A stretch of DNA of 64,000 nt from contig JANWJF010000001.1 of assembly GCA_025449535.1 (NCBI GenBank), positions 613,136 to 677,135 on the forward strand, read 5' to 3'. The position numbers and the translations under genes were made by a program. Numbering within the stretch: position 1 is the first letter of the stretch; the number at the start of each line of letters is the position of its first letter. Positions 54,813 through 62,930 of this stretch are shown here, piece by piece. Under the pieces are notes generated by a model. That model ran no database searches, was not told the DNA's origin, and worked only from the letters and a program-made list of their open reading frames with translations. The stretch comes from Candidatus Saccharimonadia bacterium (lineage in GTDB: Bacteria; Patescibacteriota; SICC01).

Positions 54813-56075
54813 ATGGCGACCTTCTGGGACCATGTCGAGGTGAACGTGAAGGCCGGCGCCGGTGGTAACGGGCTGGTCAGTTTCCGCACTGCCCGTGGCG
54901 AGTCCAAGGGCGGTCCGGACGGCGGCGACGGCGGCGACGGCGGCAGTGTGGTGCTGGAGGCCGGCACCGGCGTGACGACCCTGGCTGAGTTCGCGCGCAA
55001 GAGGCGATTCGCGGCCGGGAACGGCACGGCGGGCGGGAAGTCGAACCGCCACGGCAAGACCGCCGACGACCTCGTGTTGTCCGTGCCGACCGGCACGATC
55101 GCCCGGGAAGGCGACGCGGTCCTGGCGGACCTGACCGCACCGGGGGAGCGCGCGGTGATAGCCCGGGGCGGTCATGGCGGGTTCGGCAACGCCCACTTCA
55201 CGAGCTCCCGGCGGCAGGCTCCCCGGCAAGCGGAGAAGGGCGAGCCCGGCGAGGAACGCGACCTGACGGTCGAACTGAAGCTCGTCGCGGACATCGGGTT
55301 GGTCGGGATCCCGTCGGTCGGGAAGTCGACGTTCCTGCGAGCGGTCAGCGCGGCGCGCCCGAAGGTCGCGGATTACCCCTTCACGACGACCGTACCCCAG
55401 CTGGGAATCGCCCAGGTCCGCGACGACCGGCTGGCCGTCGCGGATATCCCGGGTCTGATCGAGGGCGCCCACCAAGGCAAGGGGCTCGGGGACGCGTTCC
55501 TTCGGCACGTGGAGCGCACCAAGGTCCTGATCCACCTGCTGGACGCGACCCGGGATGACCCTGCCGCGGACTACCGGGCGATCCGCTCGGAACTGACGGC
55601 CTACGCGAAGCCGCTCGGCCGGAAGCCGGAACTGGTCGCCTTGAACAAGGCGGACACGCTGCCGGAGGCGGACGCCGCGCGGCTGGCCGCGGACCTCTCG
55701 AAACGGCTCCGCAAGCCGGTCCGGGCGATCTCGGCCGCCACGAGAAGCGGGGTCACGGAAGTGCTGACGGAAGCGGCGACGATCGCCAAGCGCCAGAGGC
55801 CACGGAAGGCCAAGTCGGTTCCGCGCCTTACGCTGGCGGAACTTGCTCCGGGGGCGATCTCCGTCCGTCAGTCGGAAGGCGGCTTCGTCGTGGGCGGGTC
55901 CCGTCTGGAACGGCTGGCCAAGCAGACCGACTTCGATAACCCCGAGGCCGTGGAACGGTTCTGGTGGACCGCCCGTCGCTTGGGCCTGGATGACCGGTTG
56001 GAGAAGCTGGGGGCCTCCGGGGGCGCGAAGCTTCGGGTCGCCGAGGTCGACCTCGTCTGGCCGGGCGCCGCCTGA
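54813..56075 (+). CDS. obgE: GTPase Obg
   Basis: GGPDGGDGG.GG, ELKL.ADIGLVG.PSVGKST, YPFTT, DIPGLI, NKAD, OCT tail. Confidence 0.97.
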   Translation: MATFWDHVEVNVKAGAGGNGLVSFRTARGESKGGPDGGDGGDGGSVVLEAGTGVTTLAEFARKRRFAAGNGTAGGKSNRHGKTADDLVLSVPTGTIAREGDAVLADLTAPGERAVIARGGHGGFGNAHFTSSRRQAPRQAEKGEPGEERDLTVELKLVADIGLVGIPSVGKSTFLRAVSAARPKVADYPFTTTVPQLGIAQVRDDRLAVADIPGLIEGAHQGKGLGDAFLRHVERTKVLIHLLDATRDDPAADYRAIRSELTAYAKPLGRKPELVALNKADTLPEADAARLAADLSKRLRKPVRAISAATRSGVTEVLTEAATIAKRQRPRKAKSVPRLTLAELAPGAISVRQSEGGFVVGGSRLERLAKQTDFDNPEAVERFWWTARRLGLDDRLEKLGASGGAKLRVAEVDLVWPGAA

Positions 56076-56119
56076 CCGCCCGGTGGCAAGCCGCGTGCCG
56101 ATTGGTATACTGGCTGCGC

Positions 56120-56950
56120 ATGGAAACCAAAACCGGTCCCAAGCGCCGAATCCCGCTCTACAAACGCCGCCAGTTCTGGGGCGCGACGTTGATCGTGGCC
56201 GTGTTGGCCGCTGGGACCGCGCTGTTCTTCTTCGTGCAGGACGCGCCGGTCAAGGACACCAAGGCCGACGGCCGGGGGGTGCTTTCGATCGACACCGAGC
56301 CGGGGGACGCGACGGTCCTGGTCGACGGTAAGGAACGCGAGGAGCGCTCGGACGCCACCTTCTCCCTGCCGGCCGGCAAACATGAGGTCACGCTGCGGCT
56401 GGAGGGGTACGACGAGACGGTCATCCCGATCGAGATCTCCGACGCGAACACCAAGGACCGCCCTGTCACGATCGAGCATGCGTTCACCAAGGCAGGCCTG
56501 ACCGCGGACGACGAGCCGGTCAGCGAGTACAAGACCTATAGCAACGGTACCTACGGGTACACGCTCAGGTATCCCAGCCGCTGGAAAGTCGTCGAGCATA
56601 ACGCCGACAACGTGATATTCACCGATCCCGAAGCCCCGGGCGGGCAGGGCGAGGAAGGGGAGGAACGGGCTCCGCTGACCATCCTTGCTCAGGAGAACCC
56701 GAAGTCGCTCGGTGCCGAGGCGTGGTACCAGGCGCGCCCTGAGTACAAGGATGAAGATCAGTCGCAGATCAAGCAGAAGAAGGTTACGGTTAACGGCCGC
56801 CCCGCGTATCAATACGAGACTCCCTATGGCTTCGTGCCGTATCTGATCACGATCGTCACGCAGGGTGACCACGCGTTCCTCTTCCAGCAGATACGGAATT
56901 CGCCCGACCGCAAGCTCTACGACCAGGCGCTCCAGACCCTCGAGTTCTGA
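56120..56950 (+). CDS. Membrane-anchored PEGA + PsbP-like domain protein
   Basis: TM; T.P.DA.V.VDG...L..G.H.V...LEGY (PEGA); Y.N..YGY.L.YP..W (PsbP-like). Confidence 0.8.
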   Translation: METKTGPKRRIPLYKRRQFWGATLIVAVLAAGTALFFFVQDAPVKDTKADGRGVLSIDTEPGDATVLVDGKEREERSDATFSLPAGKHEVTLRLEGYDETVIPIEISDANTKDRPVTIEHAFTKAGLTADDEPVSEYKTYSNGTYGYTLRYPSRWKVVEHNADNVIFTDPEAPGGQGEEGEERAPLTILAQENPKSLGAEAWYQARPEYKDEDQSQIKQKKVTVNGRPAYQYETPYGFVPYLITIVTQGDHAFLFQQIRNSPDRKLYDQALQTLEF

Positions 56951-56999
56951 GCCCAGGCATAGGTTGACCGTATTTTCCCTTAACCGAGGCATTTAGGTC

Positions 57000-57028
57000 T
57001 TGACATATGCGTAAAAACGTGGTATCTT
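57000..57028 (+). promoter_or_regulatory. sigma70 promoter
   Basis: TTGACA-N17-TATCTT with a TGG extended -10 context. Confidence 0.65.
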
Positions 57029-57049
57029 TGGCTAATTTCCAAAAAAGCC

Positions 57050-57196
57050 ATGAGCGATACCCTCCAAATAATCCTTCCGTTCGCGACCGCCCTGGCCGTG
57101 CTCGGGGTGTTCCATACGGTCGCCTATCTGCATCTGCGGCTCAACGAGGACGACGCCTCGAAGGACGAGCGGGACAGCGAATTGCTGCATTCATGA
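57050..57196 (+). CDS. Small single-TM protein (48 aa), not in the ORF track
   Basis: MSDTLQIILPFATALAVLGVFHTVAYLHLRLNEDDASKDERDSELLHS; directly downstream of the promoter. Confidence 0.55.
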   Translation: MSDTLQIILPFATALAVLGVFHTVAYLHLRLNEDDASKDERDSELLHS

Positions 57197-57260
57197 CGAC
57201 CGGCCGTTACGGGCCGGAAAATCCGCTAGAATGATGGCGGAAACAAACACCCACGCCCGG

Positions 57261-58292
57261 ATGGCTGAAACCACAAAGCTCGACCCGGATGGCATGCGCG
57301 ATTGCGTCCTGGATTCGCCTTCGCTGTTCGAGCAAGGATACGGGTCGAAGGCATCGTTCCCCGCGAAGTACCGCAAGGCGAAGCAGGTCGTCTTCTGCTG
57401 CATGGGCGGCTCGGCGACCGGAGCCGGGCTGCTCGGTGATTACCTGGCGCCGGACCTGAAGATCCCGTACTGGGTACACCGCGACTACGATGTGCCAGGT
57501 TTCGTCGGCAAGGACACGCTGGTGATCTGCGTCAGTCACTCGGGCACCACCGAGGAGACTCTTTCCGGCTACGACGAAGCCAAGCGGCGGGGCGCCATGC
57601 TGGCGGCGGTGACCACCGGCGGCGAGCTGGCCAAGCGCGCCAAGGCGGACGGCGCCGTGCTCGTGAAGTACGAAAGCGGGCTTCAGCCACGGGCCGCGGT
57701 CCCGCAGGTCCTCGGCGTCCTCTTGCGGACCATGGTCACGCTCGGGCTAGCGGACGATCACGAGGATACCGTCCGGGAAGCCGTCGCCCACCTCCGACAG
57801 GTCGCCGAGACCGTGTCCGACACCCATAACCACGCGGCCGCCGACCTGGCCGCCCGGATGCACGGGAAGATACCGGTCATCTACGGCTCCGGCTTGACCG
57901 CCGAAACGGCCCGCCGGCTCAAGGGGCAGGTCTCCGAGAACGCCAAGCAGACCGCGGCCTGGGAAGTGGTTCCCGAGGAGAACCATAACGCCTTGGTCGG
58001 CCTGGAGTTCCCCGAGGAACTGCGCGACCGGGTCGTGTTCGTGACCTTGCGGACCGGCTATGAGCACCCGCGGGACGGCCTGCGTTTCGAGTTCTTGGAT
58101 TCCGCCCTCGCGTCCCGGGGCCTTCCCGGCGCGACCCTCCGAGGTACCGGCCCGAACCGCCTGGCCCATCTCTTGACGGTCGTCTTCCTGGGTGACCTGG
58201 CCAGCATCCTGTTGGCCGGGAAGAACGGCGTGGACCCGACCCCGGTGGACATCATCGACGAACTCAAATCCTATCTGACGGAGGCCGGGTGA
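57261..58292 (+). CDS. Bifunctional phosphoglucose/phosphomannose isomerase (SIS)
   Basis: MGGS, S.SG.TEET, TTGG.L, QPRAA, ENAK, PE.NHN, VDPTPV..I..LK; alternative ATGs at 57231/57234. Confidence 0.92.
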   Translation: MAETTKLDPDGMRDCVLDSPSLFEQGYGSKASFPAKYRKAKQVVFCCMGGSATGAGLLGDYLAPDLKIPYWVHRDYDVPGFVGKDTLVICVSHSGTTEETLSGYDEAKRRGAMLAAVTTGGELAKRAKADGAVLVKYESGLQPRAAVPQVLGVLLRTMVTLGLADDHEDTVREAVAHLRQVAETVSDTHNHAAADLAARMHGKIPVIYGSGLTAETARRLKGQVSENAKQTAAWEVVPEENHNALVGLEFPEELRDRVVFVTLRTGYEHPRDGLRFEFLDSALASRGLPGATLRGTGPNRLAHLLTVVFLGDLASILLAGKNGVDPTPVDIIDELKSYLTEAG

Positions 58293-59551
58293 AGATCATC
58301 GGCGTCACCGGACGGATGGTACTCGACTCGCGGGGCGTGCCGACCGTGGAAGCCACGGTCCGGTGCGAGAAAGGCTCGGCGACCGCCGCGGTCCCGGCCG
58401 GCACGTCCACCGGTCGGCACGAGGCGAAGGAACTGCGCGACGGCGACGAGCGTTGGAACGGCCAAGGCGTGAAGAAGGCGGTCAGTCACGTGAACGTGGA
58501 GATCGCGCACGCCGTGCAAGGCATGGACGCCGCCGACCAGACCGCGGTCGACGCGAAGTTGCTCGAACTGGATGCTTCCAAGAAGCCGGGTCTCGGCGCG
58601 AACGCGCTCCTGGCGGTCAGCGTCGCGACGTTCCTGGCCGCCGCTCGCGGCAAGCGCAAGGAACCGTGGCGACTGCTGGACGAGGACGCGAAGCGCCTGC
58701 CGGTGCCCATGTTGAACCTGATCAACGGGGGTGCGCACGCTCGCAACGGCTTGGAAGTACAGGAATGCATGGTCGTGCCGCTCGGCTTCGACACGTTCAG
58801 CGAAGCCCTCCGGGCCGCGACCGAGACGTATCACGCGCTCGGCGGCATCCTGGAGGAACGTAACCTGGGAACCGCGGTCGGGTTGGAAGGCGGCTTCTCG
58901 CCGCAGATCGAGAACCATCACGAGGCGTTGGACCTGTTGGTGCAGGCGATCGAGCGGGCGAAGTACCGGCCCGGCGAGCAAATCGGCCTGGCGTTGGACG
59001 TCGCTGCTACCGAACTCTACAACGAAGGCGCATACAAGCTGACCGGCCACACGATGACCGCCGAACAGCTGGCGATCGAGTATGAGTCGCTGCTCCAGCA
59101 GTACCCGTTGGTGTCCGTGGAGGACCCGTTCGCCGAGGACGACTGGGACGGCTGGCGGACCACCCCGGACCGGGTGCGGACGGGACGGATCGCCGACGAC
59201 CTTACCGTCACCGACGCGAAGCGCATCGAGCGCGCGGCCGGATCCGGCGCGACCGGCGTGATCATCAAACCGAACCAGAACGGGACGCTCACCGGCGCGA
59301 ACGCGGCCGTCTCCGCGGCGCGGCAGTCCGGACTGACCGTCGTGGCCAGCCATCGCAGCGGCGAGACGACCGACGGTTGGATCGCCGATCTGGCCGTCGG
59401 CTGGGGAGCGGAATTCGTCAAGGCCGGCGCACCGGCACGCGGCGAACGCGTGGCGAAGTACAATCGATTGCTGGCGATCGAACAAGCGTTCGGTAGCCAG
59501 GCCGTCTATCCGGGACCGAAGCTGCTGGCGGAAGGAGGTACCGATGCCTGA
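58289..59551 (+). CDS. eno: Enolase
   Basis: DSRG.PTVE, STG.HEA.ELRD, NGG.HA, EGGF, EDP, KPNQ.GT, SHRSGET, R.ERVAKYN. Confidence 0.95.
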   Translation: MKIIGVTGRMVLDSRGVPTVEATVRCEKGSATAAVPAGTSTGRHEAKELRDGDERWNGQGVKKAVSHVNVEIAHAVQGMDAADQTAVDAKLLELDASKKPGLGANALLAVSVATFLAAARGKRKEPWRLLDEDAKRLPVPMLNLINGGAHARNGLEVQECMVVPLGFDTFSEALRAATETYHALGGILEERNLGTAVGLEGGFSPQIENHHEALDLLVQAIERAKYRPGEQIGLALDVAATELYNEGAYKLTGHTMTAEQLAIEYESLLQQYPLVSVEDPFAEDDWDGWRTTPDRVRTGRIADDLTVTDAKRIERAAGSGATGVIIKPNQNGTLTGANAAVSAARQSGLTVVASHRSGETTDGWIADLAVGWGAEFVKAGAPARGERVAKYNRLLAIEQAFGSQAVYPGPKLLAEGGTDA

Positions 59552-61127
59552 CGAACGCCGCCCGGTGGTGATGCTGATCCTGGACGGCTGGGGAATCTCG
59601 CCGATCAGCGAAGGTAACGCCATCGCCAGCGCCCAGACCCCGAACATGCACCGGCTCCTGCAGGAACATCCGTCGATGGCGCTCCAGGCGGCGGGCACGG
59701 CGGTCGGCCTGCCATGGGGCGAGGCCGGCAACTCCGAGGTCGGTCATCTCAACCTCGGCGCCGGACGGATCGTCTTCCAGGAAGTACCGGCGATCGCCAC
59801 CGCCCTGGCTACCGGTTCGTTCTTCCAGAACCAGGTGTTCATCGACGCGGTAGAGCACGTCAAGGAGAACAAATCGGCCCTCCACTTCATCGGCGTGCTG
59901 AGTCCGGAGGAGGGCTCCCAAGGCTTGGAACACGTGAAGGCACTGCTGGAACTCGCCAAACAGCAGGAATTCACCAACGTCTACCTGCATCTGTTGCTTG
60001 ATAAGGAAGGTCAGATCGAGGACAGCATGCGCAAGTACCTGAGGCAGCTCGAGGTCATCACGAAGCAGGTCGGCGTCGGTACGATCGCGACGATCTCCGG
60101 CGAGTATTATGCGATGGATCGGGAGAAGCGCTGGGAACATACCGCCCGGGCGTACAGCCTGATGGTCGATGGCAAGGGTTCCAAGGCCGATTCGTTGGAC
60201 GATGTCTGCGCCCAGGCCCGGGCCAAGGGGGTGCCGACGGAGTACATCGAACCGGTCCGGCTCGGCGACACCCCGAGTATTTCTGACAACGACTCGATCA
60301 TCTTCTTCAACTACCGTCCGGAACGGAGCCGGCAGTTGGCGAAGGCGTTCGTGGCCCCGTACTTCGGGCAGTTCGAGCACGGCGAACCGCTGAAGAACCT
60401 GTACCTCGTCACCATGAGCAGCTTCGCGGACGACATGAGCGTAAAGGCAGCGTTCTCGGCGGACAAGCTTCCGGACACACTGGCGGAGACCGTCGCTAAG
60501 GCGGGCCTCAAGCAGTACCACGTCGCGGAGACCGAGAAGTTCTCGCACGTCACCACGTTCCTGAACGGCGGCTACGACCGTCCGTTCGAAGGGGAGACCG
60601 ACGAGAAGGTCCCGTCCCCGGAGGTCCGCGGGTACGACGAGCGTCCGGAAATGTCCGTCACGACGGTCGCGGACAAGCTGCTGGCGGCCATGGAAGGCGG
60701 GGGGTACTCGCTCTGCGTCGCTAACTTCGCCAACATGGACATGGTCGGCCATACGGGGAACTTCGAGGCCGCGATTCGCTCCGCTGAGACCATCGACAAG
60801 GAGGTCGGCCGCGTCGCGGAAGCGTGCGAACGCCTCGGATACAACCTGGTGATTACCGCTGACCACGGCAACGCCGAACAGATGACCAGCGTCCGGACCG
60901 GCATCAGCAACGTCGACCATTCGAACAACCCGGTCCCGTTCGTCCTGGCCAACCCGGACGGGCTGGCCCTCTCCGGCCAGGACCGGTCCGTGATGGACGG
61001 CAGCCTGCCGTCCGGTATGCTGGCCGACGTGGCGCCGACCGTCCTGGACCTGCTGTCCATCGAGAAGCCCGAAGCGATGACGGGATACAGCCTGATCGAG
61101 CGGTCGGAGGGGCAGTTCTTTGCCTAA
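59544..61127 (+). CDS. gpmI: 2,3-BPG-independent phosphoglycerate mutase paralogue (divergent substrate site)
   Basis: LDGWG, GNSEVGH, ETEK, DMVGH, ADHGN kept; GGVH and DGRD motifs missing. Confidence 0.85.
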   Translation: MPDERRPVVMLILDGWGISPISEGNAIASAQTPNMHRLLQEHPSMALQAAGTAVGLPWGEAGNSEVGHLNLGAGRIVFQEVPAIATALATGSFFQNQVFIDAVEHVKENKSALHFIGVLSPEEGSQGLEHVKALLELAKQQEFTNVYLHLLLDKEGQIEDSMRKYLRQLEVITKQVGVGTIATISGEYYAMDREKRWEHTARAYSLMVDGKGSKADSLDDVCAQARAKGVPTEYIEPVRLGDTPSISDNDSIIFFNYRPERSRQLAKAFVAPYFGQFEHGEPLKNLYLVTMSSFADDMSVKAAFSADKLPDTLAETVAKAGLKQYHVAETEKFSHVTTFLNGGYDRPFEGETDEKVPSPEVRGYDERPEMSVTTVADKLLAAMEGGGYSLCVANFANMDMVGHTGNFEAAIRSAETIDKEVGRVAEACERLGYNLVITADHGNAEQMTSVRTGISNVDHSNNPVPFVLANPDGLALSGQDRSVMDGSLPSGMLADVAPTVLDLLSIEKPEAMTGYSLIERSEGQFFA

Positions 61128-62715
61128 GGACGCACCGCCGGCACCGCAGAAGCGCGTCGTCCTGATCGTCCTGGACGGCTGGGGGCACTCCACCGTCTTC
61201 GAGGGCAACGCGATCGCCCAGGCGGACACGAAGAACTTCACCAGGCTTTGGAAGAACAATCCGCACGCTTTGCTGCAGGCTTCCGGCGAGGCGGTCGGCT
61301 TGCCCTGGGGCGAGATGGGCAACTCCGAGGTCGGCCATCTCAACATCGGCGCGGGTCGGGTAGTGCCGCAGGACCTCCCGCGCATCTCCGCTTTGATCAG
61401 TGACGCCTCGTTCTACGAGAACGAGGCGTTGGTCGCGGCCTGCCAACACGTCAACGAGACCGGCGGTACCCTTCACCTGGCCGGCCTGGTGTCGACCGGC
61501 GGGGTACACGCCCATCTGCGACACCTGATCGCCCTGCTCGACCTGGCGGCCCGCCAGGACGTGAAGGACGTGGCGATCCATCTGTTCACGGACGGCCGGG
61601 ACACCCCGCCGAAGTCGGCAGGAGGATTCGTCTCGAAGCTAGAAGTAGAGATGAAGCAACGCGGCATCGGCCGGATCGCCAGCGTCTCCGGCCGTTACTA
61701 TGCCATGGACCGGGACAACCGGTGGGAGCGGACGCAGAAGGCGTTCGAAGCGGTCGCGCTCTGCCAAGGCCCGACCGCCCCCGACGCGGCGTCCGCCGTC
61801 AGCCAGGCGTACGAGAAGGGCGAGACGGACGAGTTCATCGAACCGACCGTTATCGCTTCCGGGGCGGCCAAGCCGCGGCCGCTCGAAGACAAGGACTCGT
61901 TCGTGTTCTTCAACTATCGACCGGATCGGGTCCGCCAGCTGGCCGAGGCGATCGCTCACGCGCAGTTCGACCGGTTCGATCGGGACGGATACAAGGGTCC
62001 GGGATACGTGGTCACCTTTACCGAATACGAGCCTAACCTGCCGGTGCACGTGGCGTTCCACACGAAGGAAATCCAGGACTCCCTGGCCAAGGTGCTGTCC
62101 GATGCCGGTGTCCGGCAGTTCCACATCGCGGAGACCGAGAAGTATCCCCACGCCACGTTCTTCCTGAACGGCGGTCACGAGGAGCCGTACCCGCTCGAGG
62201 AGCGGCTGCTGATTCCGTCGCCGAAGGTAGCGACGTACGACCAGCAGCCCGCGATGAGCGCCCAGAAGATCACCGACGAGCTGCTGAAGCGGATCGACGA
62301 GCGGGAGTACGGGTTCATCATGGTGAACTTCGCGAACGCGGACATGGTCGGCCATAGCGGCGACGTCGAGGCGACCATCCGTGCCGTCGATGAGGTCGAC
62401 CGGCAACTGGGTCGGATCGGCGAAGCCTGTGCCGCCGCGGGCTGCTACCTGGTGGTCACCGCCGACCACGGGAACGCCGAACAGATGGTGAACTTCACCA
62501 GCGGCGAGCGCGACAAGGAGCATACCACCAATCCGGTTCCGTTCATCCTGTGCGTACCCGAGGCCGACCAGGGTGCGGTCGCACTCGATGCGGATCGACT
62601 GTCGCTCGACCAAGCCTCCCGCCCGACGGGATTACTGGGAGACGTCGCCCCGACGGTCCTCAAGCTGATGGGGATCAAGCCACCGTCGGGGATGTCCGGC
62701 TACGGACTGCTCTGA
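61120..62715 (+). CDS. gpmI: 2,3-BPG-independent phosphoglycerate mutase
   Basis: LDGWG, GNSEVGH, GGVHAH, DGRD, GRYYAMDRD, ETEKY.H, DMVGH, ADHGN. Confidence 0.96.
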   Translation: MPKDAPPAPQKRVVLIVLDGWGHSTVFEGNAIAQADTKNFTRLWKNNPHALLQASGEAVGLPWGEMGNSEVGHLNIGAGRVVPQDLPRISALISDASFYENEALVAACQHVNETGGTLHLAGLVSTGGVHAHLRHLIALLDLAARQDVKDVAIHLFTDGRDTPPKSAGGFVSKLEVEMKQRGIGRIASVSGRYYAMDRDNRWERTQKAFEAVALCQGPTAPDAASAVSQAYEKGETDEFIEPTVIASGAAKPRPLEDKDSFVFFNYRPDRVRQLAEAIAHAQFDRFDRDGYKGPGYVVTFTEYEPNLPVHVAFHTKEIQDSLAKVLSDAGVRQFHIAETEKYPHATFFLNGGHEEPYPLEERLLIPSPKVATYDQQPAMSAQKITDELLKRIDEREYGFIMVNFANADMVGHSGDVEATIRAVDEVDRQLGRIGEACAAAGCYLVVTADHGNAEQMVNFTSGERDKEHTTNPVPFILCVPEADQGAVALDADRLSLDQASRPTGLLGDVAPTVLKLMGIKPPSGMSGYGLL

Positions 62716-62768
62716 CTCATCCACCATGTCGACCTGCCGCTGGGCCAAGCCCGGCATCCGTCGCCACT

Positions 62769-62862
62769 GACGGCTTCGGACTGCGTTGTCGACTTCGGTC
62801 CTCGCTCGTCGTATTGCAATACGACTCACTCGGTCCTCGTCGCTGACTTGTCCGAAGCCGTC
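62769..62862. repeat. 94-bp palindromic element (MITE/ERIC-like architecture)
   Basis: 13-bp terminal inverted repeat GACGGCTTCGGAC/GTCCGAAGCCGTC, central perfect 18-bp palindrome GTCGTATTGCAATACGAC. Confidence 0.6.
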
Positions 62863-62930
62863 TGGACGAGCCACAGACTTCGCTGACTGCCGACTAACGC
62901 TCCGGACTGCCGACTCGCTACACTGGACGC

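Noticed and set aside
57231-57275. Near-duplicated start (ATGGCGGAAAC... / ATGGCTGAAAC...) of PGI/PMI
   Set aside because: Only about 11 nt of similarity; could be chance or a trivial micro-duplication, so treated as start ambiguity.
62865-62920. Short GACTGCCGACT repeats as a CRISPR array
   Set aside because: Only two 11-bp copies with a 9-nt gap; no repeat-spacer periodicity and no cas genes in the window.
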